Origin: Candidatus Cloacimonadales bacterium
GTDB lineage: Bacteria > Cloacimonadota > Cloacimonadia > Cloacimonadales > JAIOQZ01
Reading direction: 5' to 3'
Length of the DNA: 64,000 nt
Assembly: GCA_963662655.2 (NCBI GenBank)
Contig: CAXXTU010000002.1
Coordinates: 2,944,001-3,008,000 of the forward strand
Shown here: piece by piece, positions 10,409-22,500 of the stretch
How the letters are laid out: every line of letters begins with the position of its first letter
Numbering within the stretch: position 1 is the stretch's first letter
The notes under the pieces: model-generated
Told to the model about the DNA's origin: nothing
Seen by the model: only the letters and a program-made list of their open reading frames with translations
Database searches by the model: none
Program-made: the position numbers and the translations under genes

Positions 10409-10477
10409 GACCTTTCTCGACTCACTGTTCAGTTGATTTCGTTATAAATCGCGGTTTGCTCGGTCGAGGAAATACAG

Positions 10478-11623
10478 TTAGCGTTTATCGTTTGCAAAGC
10501 GCTTGGCTAACTTTTCGTAGTTGCCAATCATGATGTCTATCGTGAAATTATTTTTGATAATCAATTTCGATGCTTTGCTTTTGCGTTCCCTCAATTGCTC
10601 ATCGGCCAGTAACTCAATGATTGCATTTGACAAAGCTTCCGAATCCTGATACGAATATAATCGCCCGTTATCCTCCGACACAATTTCGCTTGTGCCGCCA
10701 GTGTCGGATGCAATTACGGGTAAATCCTGGGCCATGGCTTCAAGGATTGAGTTGGAAAGTCCCTCGCTCTGGGACGAATGGATATAGATGTCGGAGATGG
10801 ACAGGTATTTCTTCACATTCATCTCTCTTCCGAGGAAAATGATGCGATCATCCGCGTGCAGCGATTTCGCGAGGTTTTCCATGTCTGCCTTTGTCGGTCC
10901 ATCGCCGATGAACAGCATTTTGAACGGTATCGATTTCGGGATTCTTTGTATGGCTCTTATGATTGTAGCGTGGTCTTTCACCGGCCTGAAGTTCCCGATA
11001 AATATACAGGTATACTCCCCTTTCTTTATTCCCAAGCTGGCTCTCAGCTTGACCTTCTCTTCTTCGGGAGCTAGTTGGAGGAAATCCTCGTCTATGCCAT
11101 TATAGAGCACGTAACCATTTTTGACATTGAAGCTTTTAAGGCCATATCGTGAATTGCCAAGAGTGTAATTGGAGAGTTTGAAAGACAACTTGTTTCGCAA
11201 CAGGATATAAGGCGAATGCCTGTGTTGATCGGCTGTTCCGCGTATTGAGCCGACGACGTGAATGAACTTGAGTCCCGGACAGGCCAGAATTGTCGCTGCG
11301 GCCTCAACATACCCCCACGTCCAGACGATGTCGGGTTTCCAGTCTCTGATGGCTTTTCGATACTTCTTCCACCAGCGAACTCCATATTGATTGCCCATGT
11401 AGCCGAGGATTTTGTCGTTAATGTCGTATTCGTCAATATAGGAGTTGTCCGGGTCTTTGGGACGGAATACGAGCGCTTTGCTTATGACGACGGAGGGATC
11501 CGAGTATTTCAGAATGTACGCGAGTTGCCGCTCCCTGCCTCCGCGACCGAGGGAACTCATTACATGCAAGACACGTAAGGGTCTTTTGGCTACTTGTTCT
11601 ATCGTTGCTGTGTTGTTCGACAC
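10478..11623 (-). CDS. Glycosyltransferase family 4
   Basis: GGRERQ, KDHATII, SEGLSNSILEAMAQ, GGTSEIV. Confidence 0.9.
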   Translation of the reverse strand: MSNNTATIEQVAKRPLRVLHVMSSLGRGGRERQLAYILKYSDPSVVISKALVFRPKDPDNSYIDEYDINDKILGYMGNQYGVRWWKKYRKAIRDWKPDIVWTWGYVEAAATILACPGLKFIHVVGSIRGTADQHRHSPYILLRNKLSFKLSNYTLGNSRYGLKSFNVKNGYVLYNGIDEDFLQLAPEEEKVKLRASLGIKKGEYTCIFIGNFRPVKDHATIIRAIQRIPKSIPFKMLFIGDGPTKADMENLAKSLHADDRIIFLGREMNVKKYLSISDIYIHSSQSEGLSNSILEAMAQDLPVIASDTGGTSEIVSEDNGRLYSYQDSEALSNAIIELLADEQLRERKSKASKLIIKNNFTIDIMIGNYEKLAKRFANDKR

Positions 11624-11913
11624 CAGTGTAATCCTTTGTTTGTGATCACGTTGATAGCTTCCCGGCTATCAATGCACGTTTCTTCATCGATTCCAAGTGT
11701 TTTTCTGTCAAGGATTTTGAAACGTTGACCGGAGAGGGTAGCTTGAGCGGATCGGGAATGCGGTTTCGCTGTTTTTTCTTGACGAAAAGCGCTCGGGCCG
11801 CGATGGAGTTAATGTAATTCATGGATTTGCGTCCATGTTCTTCAACCATTTCCACCTTGAAACGTAATGAAATCGTATTGATCGTGGAACATCGAATTGA
11901 AAGGAATGAATGC

Positions 11914-12978
11914 ATGAAAAATCATATCACGTTCGGGAAGTCTTCGGAGAATCTCGACGATTTCATCCACAGCATACGCATTTTGCGCGACGAAGCGCTG
12001 ATTCTGGATCAGACGCTATTGCCTCATCTAGAAGAGGTGCTGGTCATACGAGATTACCGGCAATGCGTGGAGGCGATCAAGAAGCTCCGTATTCGTGGCG
12101 CTCCGGCGATCGGCATTGCGGCAGCAGCGGCGGCATATCTGGCGATTCTGGAATTCCAGGAGAAGAACGACTTCTCTAATAACCTCGAAAGAGCGCTGAA
12201 TGAGATCGAAGCGAGCAGGCCTACGGCTGTAAACCTTTTCAAGGCGACTTCCGAAATTCGGAGTATTATTGATAGCTCGGGGCAAGACGAGCTCGCAACA
12301 AAGATTTACGATTACTCGCAAGATTTGATACGATACGAAACGGATGCGTGTATCCGGATGGGTGAGAACGGCGCTCGGGAGATCCGGGGCGAGCGTCTCG
12401 GGATTCTCTCGCACTGCAATACAGGAGCGTTGGCGACGGTAGGAATCGGGACCGCGCTGGGTGTGATTCGCACCATCGCGAAGGACCGTCCCGTCCATGT
12501 TTTCGTGGATGAAACCCGTCCACTGCTTCAGGGAGCCAGGCTCACGGCGTGGGAATTGATGCGCTCTGGGATTCCATGTTCTCTGATCACCGACAGCATG
12601 GCGGCAACCGTCATGCGTTCCGGATGGGCGGATTGCGTTATCACCGGAGCGGACCGGATCGCGGCTAACGGCGATTCCGCCAACAAGATCGGCACGCTCG
12701 GGCTTTCGGTTCTGGCGAAGCATTTCGGGATACCATTCTATATCGTCGCGCCGGAATCGACCATCGATCGTTCCATCGAGACCGGTATGCAGATCAATAT
12801 CGAAGAACGCAGCGCCGACGAGGTTGCGAGTTTCCGCGGTGTACGAACCGCACCGCAAGATTGCCGCGTATACAATCCCGCTTTCGATGTAGCGCCGAAT
12901 GAGCTGATCACGTCGATAATAACAGAAGTGAAGGCATACCATAAACCATACGATTTCAGTGATATCACCGGGAGTTGA
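11914..12978 (+). CDS. mtnA: S-methyl-5-thioribose-1-phosphate isomerase
   Basis: LDQTLLP, IRGAPAIG, RPTAVNL, HCNTGALA, DETRPLLQGARLT, GADRIAANGD, NKIGT, NPAFDV; start chosen after AAGGA RBS. Confidence 0.93.
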   Translation: MKNHITFGKSSENLDDFIHSIRILRDEALILDQTLLPHLEEVLVIRDYRQCVEAIKKLRIRGAPAIGIAAAAAAYLAILEFQEKNDFSNNLERALNEIEASRPTAVNLFKATSEIRSIIDSSGQDELATKIYDYSQDLIRYETDACIRMGENGAREIRGERLGILSHCNTGALATVGIGTALGVIRTIAKDRPVHVFVDETRPLLQGARLTAWELMRSGIPCSLITDSMAATVMRSGWADCVITGADRIAANGDSANKIGTLGLSVLAKHFGIPFYIVAPESTIDRSIETGMQINIEERSADEVASFRGVRTAPQDCRVYNPAFDVAPNELITSIITEVKAYHKPYDFSDITGS

Positions 12979-14279
12979 CGTTGCGGAAATTCCTGATTTG
13001 CATCGGGATTTTAAGCGTTCTACAAACGCTATCGTGCATCGAGGGGGTCGCGCCTCCGTTTCAGTACGATGAACTGTACGGGAAACGGCTTTCGGTTCTC
13101 GACCTTTTCCACTCGGAGGATATCAATCAGCATCGGCCTTTGAAAATCATCGCATCGAACGCGTATCATCGCGAGTACTGGCAGTCCGCGATCGATTGCC
13201 AGAATCCGGATGTCGCTTTGTCGGTCGAGGCGAAATATCTTGAAGGCTTGAGGTACGTGCATACCATGTTCTCATGCCGACACAGCCAGTTTGAATATCG
13301 AAAAGAGGACTGGAGTCACAAGCCCGATTTACAGGATATAAGCGCAAAGATTAACGTGCCCTCCGCGATCGGGAAAACCATCGCGCACCTGCGATATGTG
13401 GATTGTGAAGAACATTTCATGACGGGAATGTTGACGCATCTTGTACCGATCGGCGATTTTGGATTGCAAGTATATTGGGAAGGTTTCGAGTCCACCCACG
13501 ACATGATGAACGGCGGATTGTCCGGTCTGTATGGATCGGATAGGTTCCGTGTGCAGTTGGGTGCAAGGTTTGATTCCGATGATAAAGCCTCTCCCTGGGC
13601 CGGTTTCTTGTGGCACTGGAAGAGGAAGTTCCTGATACGCGGAGCGTACGAGGAGAAGATCGAGGTTCATCCGTACAGGAAATGGTATGAAACGACCGCC
13701 ATGCATTGGAGGAATCGGGATGTTCACGAAGATATGGACTTCGCGATTTTCTCGAGAGAATTGACGCTGGGCTTGGAGCTCAAGATTGGCTGCATGAAGC
13801 AGGAATTCGACTGGCAATTGATCCATGGCGATAAGCATTATGTGGTCGACTGGCAGAACGACGAATACGAGTACATCGTCGAGGATGAGTCGTTGCACGC
13901 AAGCCGCTTGCATTACCGGCTTGCGTGCAGTGTCATCAGCTTCGAGTATCAATGGCGAGACGAGAATCGACTGGACTTCGAGCCGGCCCACGAAGCAGAG
14001 ATTTCATGGCAGCAGTTGGCGCTCCCGTTTCTGTACACGGGGGCTTCTGTAGGCTATCTGCATGACATACATGTGGTCGGAGACGATTATAAACAGTGGA
14101 ACTACGGGGGGGCCATTTCATATCGGGGTGTGCAGAACTGGATGTTTACCATAAGAGGTAGAATGACGGACGACACGATGCCCGATGGCCTATGGAGCGA
14201 TCGTTACCAGATCATGCTTCAGATTGGATATCGCCAGGGTGAATATGAAACCTTACCGAAAGGACGAATAAATGAGTAA
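12975..14279 (+). CDS. Hypothetical exported protein, possible outer-membrane beta-barrel
   Basis: 434-aa ORF overlapping both neighbours; hydrophobic N-terminus; aromatic-rich alternating strands near the C-terminus (IMLQIGY). Confidence 0.55.
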   Translation: MTLRKFLICIGILSVLQTLSCIEGVAPPFQYDELYGKRLSVLDLFHSEDINQHRPLKIIASNAYHREYWQSAIDCQNPDVALSVEAKYLEGLRYVHTMFSCRHSQFEYRKEDWSHKPDLQDISAKINVPSAIGKTIAHLRYVDCEEHFMTGMLTHLVPIGDFGLQVYWEGFESTHDMMNGGLSGLYGSDRFRVQLGARFDSDDKASPWAGFLWHWKRKFLIRGAYEEKIEVHPYRKWYETTAMHWRNRDVHEDMDFAIFSRELTLGLELKIGCMKQEFDWQLIHGDKHYVVDWQNDEYEYIVEDESLHASRLHYRLACSVISFEYQWRDENRLDFEPAHEAEISWQQLALPFLYTGASVGYLHDIHVVGDDYKQWNYGGAISYRGVQNWMFTIRGRMTDDTMPDGLWSDRYQIMLQIGYRQGEYETLPKGRINE

Positions 14280-15420
14280 AAAAACGAAGGTTTTTATCGA
14301 ACGGATTGATCAATACGATCCAGATAAACTATACAGCTTTGTCAAAAGAACGCTTGGCCCGGTTCTGGATGCGAATCCGGACAAGAAGACCATTCTGCTC
14401 AAGCCGAATTTACTTGGAAGATTCCCGGTCGAGAAGGCGGTAACGACCCACCCGTTGGTCATGGATGCCGTGGCGCGGCTTCTTCATGAAAAGGGGCGGG
14501 AAATCTGGATCGGAGATTCCTCCGGCGGAACGGTCAGCAGCGATTTTGTATATAAAGGTACCGGCGTTTCGGAAGTTGTCGAGAAATACGGGGCAAAGGC
14601 GGTCAGTTTCGAGAAGAGCGGGGCAGTGAAGCGGAGTGTACGCTTCCCGGACGGATCGACGTACGAGCTGATCTTCTCCAAGGTCTGGTTCGATGCCGAC
14701 GCCGTTATCAACCTTTGCAAGCTGAAAACGCACAGTCTCATGAGATACACTGGGGCCGTGAAGAATCTCTACGGCGTGATACCCGGACTCAAGAAAGTGG
14801 ACTTCCACAGGGAATTTCCCAAGCCGCCTCAATTCGGAAAGCTGCTAACGGAGATTTATCAGCAGTTGAAGGGCAAGATACTGTTCAATGTGATGGACGG
14901 TATCCTCGGTATGGAAGGGACGGGGCCGTCTTCCGGCAAGCCGAGGAAATTCAACACGATGTTCGCATCGGAGAGCGCCCCGGCGCTGGATAAAATCGCT
15001 CTGGAAGCGATGGGCTTCAAGCTGAAACAGATTGACTATGTGAACAAGGCGCTGGAACGGGACGGGTTATCCCCGGAAATGATTATCCCCGAGATCGAGC
15101 AATTGAATTACGGGAAGGTCGATATCCAGTCCGTGCTGTGGCGAAGCCGTTTTCTTGGGTCGTTGCCAGGGGACGTTCGTAAAATACTTCGAAAAATCAT
15201 TGACTATTATCCTGCTTATAAGACAAACTGTAAATTGTGTGGCATTTGTGTTGAAAGTTGTCCCGTCAAAGCGATTACCCTGCCGAAGGGAGCAGGATTG
15301 CCTGTCATCGATCGTAATAAATGTATTAAATGCCTTTGCTGCCATGAGTTTTGTCCGCATGAAGCAATGGAAATCAAGGGTACCTTTATTGCCAACCTGA
15401 TTCTGCGAAGAGAAAAATGA
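14272..15420 (+). CDS. DUF362 protein with 2x[4Fe-4S] ferredoxin domain
   Basis: LLKPNL, TTHP, KLKTH, GAVKNLYG, MEGTGP; CKLCGICVESCP and CIKCLCCHEFCP. Confidence 0.88.
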   Translation: MSKKTKVFIERIDQYDPDKLYSFVKRTLGPVLDANPDKKTILLKPNLLGRFPVEKAVTTHPLVMDAVARLLHEKGREIWIGDSSGGTVSSDFVYKGTGVSEVVEKYGAKAVSFEKSGAVKRSVRFPDGSTYELIFSKVWFDADAVINLCKLKTHSLMRYTGAVKNLYGVIPGLKKVDFHREFPKPPQFGKLLTEIYQQLKGKILFNVMDGILGMEGTGPSSGKPRKFNTMFASESAPALDKIALEAMGFKLKQIDYVNKALERDGLSPEMIIPEIEQLNYGKVDIQSVLWRSRFLGSLPGDVRKILRKIIDYYPAYKTNCKLCGICVESCPVKAITLPKGAGLPVIDRNKCIKCLCCHEFCPHEAMEIKGTFIANLILRREK

Positions 15421-16067
15421 TGTTTGATGGTGTTCGAATCCGGTGGTTTGGCCACAGTATGTGGAAGATCGCTACCGGCAAGGTTTCGATAATTACCGAT
15501 CCTTTCTCCGATATAGGCTATCCCATGCCTGATGGGGAAACAGCGGATATTGTTCTGTCCAGCCACGGCCACCACGACCATAACAACTTCGATCTGATTC
15601 AGGGCAGTTACAAACGTATCGACACGGAAGGTAAATACCTCGAACACGGGATTCACATCGAGATGATCCCCGTCTGGCACGATGAAGAGCAAGGATGCAA
15701 GCGCGGAAAGAACCTGCTGATGAAGTTTTCTATCGGCGATACGGTTTTTCTTCATTGCGGCGATCTCGGGCACACGCTCGGCGACGAAGTCCTTAAGCAG
15801 CTTGGGAAGATCGATGTAATGTTCATCCCGGTTGGCGGGACGTTCACTGTCGATGCCAAAGAGGCGCACCGGGTGGTGAAGAGCATCGCCCCTGCCGTTG
15901 TCTTTCCCATGCATTATCGAACAAAAGCTCTGCGGTTCCCGCTGGGCAGTGCAGATGAGTATCTCGCGCTTGTTGATGAATACCGGGTGATTGAAAGCAA
16001 CGAGGTTTTGCTGACGGAAGACGATCTTTCCAGGAAGCAAACCATCGTTATGCAGTACGGGGATTAA
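15417..16067 (+). CDS. Metallo-beta-lactamase-fold hydrolase
   Basis: WFGHS, TDPF, SHGHHDH, HCGDLG, PVGG, PMHY. Confidence 0.88.
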   Translation: MMFDGVRIRWFGHSMWKIATGKVSIITDPFSDIGYPMPDGETADIVLSSHGHHDHNNFDLIQGSYKRIDTEGKYLEHGIHIEMIPVWHDEEQGCKRGKNLLMKFSIGDTVFLHCGDLGHTLGDEVLKQLGKIDVMFIPVGGTFTVDAKEAHRVVKSIAPAVVFPMHYRTKALRFPLGSADEYLALVDEYRVIESNEVLLTEDDLSRKQTIVMQYGD

Positions 16068-16072
16068 AAAAA

Positions 16073-16378
16073 ATGGGTCAGAAGAAAAAAAAGGGCGGCC
16101 TGATTCTTAAGTTGATCATTGTGGTCGGGCTTGCCTATTTGTTTTTCATTGACAGTTCGAGCGTGTATCGATTGATCACAACGAAAATGAGGGCTGCGAA
16201 AATTCAAAATCAAATTGACCAGTACCGAACTGAACGTGATTCATTAAAAACTCTGAACGAGGAATTGGAAAACAATCCGAAAGCAATCGAGAAAATAGCC
16301 CGGGAAAAACTGGGTATGCAAAAGGACGGTGAAGAGGTCTATCGTTTCTTCCTTGAAGAAGAAGACGATAACGAGTAG
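16073..16378 (+). CDS. ftsB: Septum formation initiator FtsB/DivIC family
   Basis: Basic N-terminus, one TM helix, coiled coil, IEKIAREKLGM..GE.VY motif. Confidence 0.8.
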   Translation: MGQKKKKGGLILKLIIVVGLAYLFFIDSSSVYRLITTKMRAAKIQNQIDQYRTERDSLKTLNEELENNPKAIEKIAREKLGMQKDGEEVYRFFLEEEDDNE

Positions 16379-16552
16379 GGAAGGGATTCTACGCAAAAAT
16401 ACGAATCCGATGTCAAATCTTGAAATGATGAAAGAAAAAAAACGAAAAAAAAATTGACAACGCGTTGCCGTTTCCGGTCAATTTACAAGATATTGAGCTT
16501 CAAAAGTAAGGAAAAAAATCTCACATAATTCTACTACACTGAGGAGGAAGTT

Positions 16553-19500
16553 ATGAAGCAAAGTTCTCGTGCATGGATTTTCGTGATTCTTGGGCTCTTT
16601 CTTTGCGCTTCGCTGTTGGTTGCCAAAACCCCAGAGGTTAAGGCGATAGACCCAACAGGACCCGCTCCAAGAACATTCCATCACAGCACATCAACACAAC
16701 CCACAACCTTTCCACAAAACTTCAGGGCTGAAGTTGCCTACGGCGTCGTATGTTACGATCCGAGCGGTGCTTTGTCTGATGGTCCGGTGACATTCGCGCT
16801 GGACACCCCTGGAACCATGACGCAGCTCGCCGAAGACGCTGGTGAACTGATTACAGCATCCAGTATCGATGCCGAGCAGACATGGTATGCGATCGAGTAC
16901 TACTCCCACAACCTCGTGACATTCGATTACGAGACGGGCGCACGTACTGTCGTTGCCACAATCACGGCTCCTGGTGGTCGTACCTGGACAGGTATGGCTT
17001 TTGATTTCTCTACCATGACCATGTATGGTATCTGCTACTCCAGCGGCGTTGACGCAGCGCTTTGTACGATCGATCTCGATTCATACGAAGTTGCTGTCGT
17101 GGGTACTACTACAGACCTTACTACCCCGATCAACCTTGCTTGCAGCAACGAAGGTCAGCTTTATCTTGTCGATATCGGCGATGACAACCTGTATCGTATG
17201 GACAAGACAGACGCTTCGGTTGAAGTTGTAGGCGCGATCGGCTTCGATTGTATCTACGCGCAGGATATGGCGTTCGACCACGATGAAAACATCTTGTACA
17301 TGGGCGCATATTCCGACGCACTCGACGGCGAACTTCGTACCGTCAATCTTCAAACAGGTGCAACAACTGTTATCGGCGCTCTGCAAGGCGGAGTTGAAAT
17401 GCCCGGTTTCGTTATTCCGAGCTATCCGGCCGAGCCGGGAGCACCAGCAGCACCGACCAACTTCGTTCTTACACCGGACGCCGGTGGCGCTCTCGAGTGT
17501 GAACTGTCATGGACGAACCCATCAGAAACATTTGATGGCGAAACCCTTACAGAGCTCGACGTAGTGGTTGTTTACCGCAACGACGAACTGATTTACACGC
17601 TCGACAATCCTACGATCGGCGCTAACGTAACATGGACCGACGATACCATGGACGCTCCATTAATGGCCGTCTACAGAGTATTCGGTTCGAACACGGAAGG
17701 CGACGGCCCAGCTGTAACAGGCAATGCCTGGGTTGGCGAAGACGTTCCTGCCGCTGTTACCGATCTCGTACTCACCGCGAACAACTACAACGGTCGTCTT
17801 ACCTGGACGAACCCTACTACCGGTCTTCACGGTGGACCTTTCAACAACCCGATTACCGGCTATCGGCTCGAACGTAGCGATGGCGAAGTGATCAACATAA
17901 CCGGCCAGACAACCATGTACGACGATACCACGATCGAATTCGGCGGAACCTACTTCTATGAAGTATCCGCTGTAAACGCAAGTGGCGTTGGCGCACCGGC
18001 CGTTTCGAACGGTTGCTTGATTCTCACACCGGGAACCATGGTCTACGCAGACTTCGAAACCGGCGATATGCCTGAAGGCTGGACGGAAGAATTCGTCAGC
18101 GGAACAAGCAGCTGGATCTTCCAGGCTGGTGGTTACAGCTCTCATCCCGCAACAGCTCATGGCGGTGAATACAACGCGCTTCTCTATGTTGGAAACTCGA
18201 ACGGCGATATCACTCGTCTTGTGTCTCCGCAATTCAACATCACCGACGGCGCGGTTCTCTCATTCTGGCACACACAGCCAATATGGGCTACCGACCAGGA
18301 TCAAATGACGTTGGTCTATCGCAACACACCTGATGGTGAATGGACCGAAATCCAATCATGGACCGAAAGCATCACCGATTGGACAGAAGAAGTCATTACC
18401 CTTCCGAACGCAAGCACGACCTATCAGATTGCTTTCGAAGGTTTGGCGATTTACGGATACGGCATTGGTATCGACGATGTCATCGTATCGGGCGAAGCGG
18501 GAGAAGTTGGAACGATCGAAGGTACCGTTACTCTCAACGGCGGCTCCGGCGTTATCACTGAAGTTGAAGTTGAAGCTGGTGGAACCATGGTTCATCCAGA
18601 CCTCAACGGTGACTACGCGATTACGCTGGCAACCGGAACATACGACGTGACAGCAACCCTCTTCGGCTATGCCGATGTCGTTGTTGAAAACGTTGTTGTT
18701 CAGGCCGACCAGACAACCGACAACGTTGATTTCACCCTCATACCGAATCCTAACGTAACCGTTACCGGTCGCTGCGTTGGTAGCGATTATCCGAACGTCG
18801 GTCTTGCGAACGTACAGATTGACATTACCGGTTACGACACATACCAGGCATTTACCAATGCCGACGGTTACTTCACAATCGATGGCGTATGGGCAGACCA
18901 TACGTACCAGATTACAGCGATGGTCGAAGGCTACGACATGTATGTCGGTGAAGCCATTGTCGGTGATTCCGATACTGATCTTGGCGACATCATCCTTCCT
19001 GAAATCGCAAGCCCTCCATATAACCTTATTGCTACACAGAACGCTGAAGGAACCGAAGCATACCTGGTATGGAACTCACCTACCGGCTCACTCGAATCCT
19101 TCTTCGATTTCGATAGCGATGACGGCGAATTTGTCAGCAGCGATCCAGTCGGTTGGCAATGGGGTCAAGATACGACCAACGGATATCATTCCGAGCCAAA
19201 CGTATGGGCAACTGTACTCAACAACAATTACGCCAACAGCGCTAACTGGTGGCTGGATTCTCCGGAAATCATCGTCAGCAACAACTCGGTTCTTACCTTC
19301 TGGCATTATTACAATACAGAAGGGTCTGCCACATATACCTATGATGGCGGTAACGTTAAGATATCGATCGACGGTGGAGATAGCTGGGAAGTTATCAATC
19401 CGGTTGGCGAATATCCTTCCCCTGCGGCACACGCCAACAACGTTGCTATCCCTGGTGAACCATGCTACTTCGGTACATCCGAAGGCTGGGTACTGGCAAC

Positions 19501-22500
19501 ATTCGACCTCGCGGCGTATGTCGGCGAAGAAGCAATGTTCCGCTGGCACTTTGGATCCGACGGATCCGTCAATGGCTACCGTGGTTGGTACATCGACGAT
19601 GTCCGCGTAGGAATGCCGGAAGAACGTTTCGCTCTTCAACAAGATAGCGATAACCTTCACTGGGTATCCAACATTGCAACAACCAGAGACCGTATCATCG
19701 AACAGTTTGCGGTGTATCGCATGCTTCTCGGTGAAGAAGATACTCCTGAAAACTGGACCCTGGTCAACTACGACGTAGCTGACACAACATACACTGACAC
19801 CGATTGGGCTGATGTCGATACAAACATCTACCAATACGCAGTGAGAGCAATTTATACGAACGGTATCGAATCTGAAGCGACAGTTTCCGACTGGCTTGCC
19901 AAAGACTACTATACTACTTGTACCGTTACCGTGAACTCCGCTACCGGCGATCCACTCGATGGAACAGTCATCAACCTGACTTGCCAGTCGGCTGATCCGG
20001 ATGGTGTATATCCTGAATACGAACAGGTGCTCGAAGACGGAGCAACCTCGGCTTACTTCCCGATGGTATGGCGCGGAATCTATGATGTGACCGTCGTACT
20101 CGAAGGCGCAGAGCCGATTCAGGAAGTTCACGATATCAACAACCCTGCTGAAATCACCGTTACCCTTACCGAGCTGACGCCTCCGGTTTCCGGAATCGAC
20201 GCTACCGTCACCGACAACGATGTTACGCTCATGTGGCGTACTCCGTCGGCTTCTTCGGAATTCAATTTCGACGATGACGATTGCGATTTCGTCAGCAACG
20301 ACGCTGCCGGCTGGCAGTGGGGTGAAGACGCGACAACAGGCGCTCACTCCGAACCGAACGTATGGGGTACAAAGCTCAACAGCCAGTACACCAATGATGC
20401 CAACTGGACGCTTGATTCACCGGAAATCTCGATCGGTGGAAACAGTGTGTTGACCTTCTGGCATTACTACAACTCCGAAGGAAGCGATACCTACACATAC
20501 GATGCAGGTAACGTAAAAATCTCGGTTGACGGTGGAGACACCTGGACCGTGATCACACCGGAAGGTGGATATCCTTCTCCCGCCGCGTACAGCACAAACG
20601 CCGCTATCCCTGGCGAACCATGCTACTTCGGTAACTCGGACGGCTGGGTACAGGCTGTATTCAACCTCGAAGCATACAGCGGCCAGACAGCAATGTTCCG
20701 CTGGCACTTCGGTACCGACGGTTCTGTCACAAGCTACATCGGCTGGTACATCGACGACGTATACGTTGGCGCACCGGAAACACGCGTAGCCCTCAACAAC
20801 AGAACTCGCAACAGCGCGAACCGCAACGACCGCGCACTCGAAGGTTACGAACTCTATCGTAACACTGTCCTGATCGACGGTACACTCACTCCGGCCGATA
20901 CGGTCTATGTTGATCAAGACCTTGCCGATGGCGTTTATACCTACGAAGTCGTTGCCGTTTACACGACAGGTAACGCCGATCCAGCTTCGGTAACCGTACA
21001 GGTATATCCTCTTGATATCACCGGTACCGTTTACACGAGCGACAACCCTGAAGTAGGAATCGACGGAGCGCTTGTCGTTCTCGAAAATGAAGAATACTAC
21101 TGGGAAGCTACTACGGTTGACGGAGAATTCGCATTCTTCGGCGTCAACGGTATGCAGACCTATACCCTTACCATCACCTATGAAGGTGGCGATGCGTTCT
21201 ATGAACCGTATACCACTGAAATCACCGTGACGGATCAGGATGTGCCGCTTGGCGACATCACCCTCTCCGAAATCACACCGGCTCCGGGCGCTGTTATCGC
21301 AACCGAGAACACGGATCATACCGAAGTCGATCTTGTATGGGGTACTCCGGGTTCCGGCTCAGTTGAAGAGTTCCGTTATGACGACGGCAATATCATCAGC
21401 CAGCTTGGTTGGGGTAGCTCGTCTGAAGTTCGCCTTGGCGCAACTCACTACCATAACGCGGAAATCCAGTCCATTACCTGGTACCTGACAAGCAATGCCG
21501 CTCACACAGCTTGTGACCTCTACATCTACGGCGTGTCTGAAGACGGCACACCGAATGCGGAAGACGTGCTCTTCGAAATGACCAACGTGCCTAGCGTTGA
21601 CGATTCATGGAATACCTACGAGCTCGAGACTCCGGTTGAAGCTCCGAACGGATTCTTTGTTGGCGTGAACACCCCGACAGCATTCGTCGCTCTCGGTACG
21701 GACGACGGCGTTGACGATCCTTATGTATTCCAACCCGGAACACAGTGGGCAACCAACACCGTTAGCACGAACGAATGGCACGATATCCAAGAATTCGATT
21801 TCCCAGTTAACTACGCTATCCGCGTTAGTGGATACGATTACGGCGAGCTCGATACTCGTCACCACCACGTAGCCAGCACTCCTGACTCGAAAGCCAAGGC
21901 TCTTGACGCTCCTACGCTGATCCCTGGCTATGTCATGAACAAGAACGAATCACGCACCGTTAAGGGCCAAAAAGAAGAAGCTCCGACATTCGGAAGCTTC
22001 AACTCCACGGTCAATACGACACGTGATCGCGCACTCATCGGCTACGATATCTATCGTCTCGACGTCGAAGACATCGACAATCCTGAACTGTGGGATCACC
22101 TCACCGATGAATATGTAACCGACACGACATTCGTCGACGTGACTTGGGAAGACGTTCCATCCGGTGTTTACCAGTGGGCAGTATTCGCAATGTACACGAA
22201 CGACAACCCGTCGGATCCTAGATTCTCGAACGAGGTTCCACGCGATATGACAGCAGCTGTCACCATCAACGTTACCACGAACTCTGGCGACAGCCCGGCT
22301 GGCGCAACGGTTTCCCTGGTAAATCAGGATGGCGATGAAGCTCATGTATACGAAGCTGTAGTACCGGCAAGCGGAAGCATCTTCTTCCCGGCTGTATGGC
22401 TTGGCTTCTACAACCTCACCGTTGAACTCGACGGATTTGACGTGTACGTTGAAAACAACGTGATCGTCGATGATCCGGAAGATGGCGAAGAATTCGATAT

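Noticed and set aside
11646..11915. 89-aa minus-strand ORF in the divergent intergenic region
   Set aside because: No motif or RBS support; likely promoter region.
19100..20780. Possible diversity-generating retroelement TR/VR pair
   Set aside because: Differences are not adenine-restricted, both copies are in-frame domains, and no reverse transcriptase is present.
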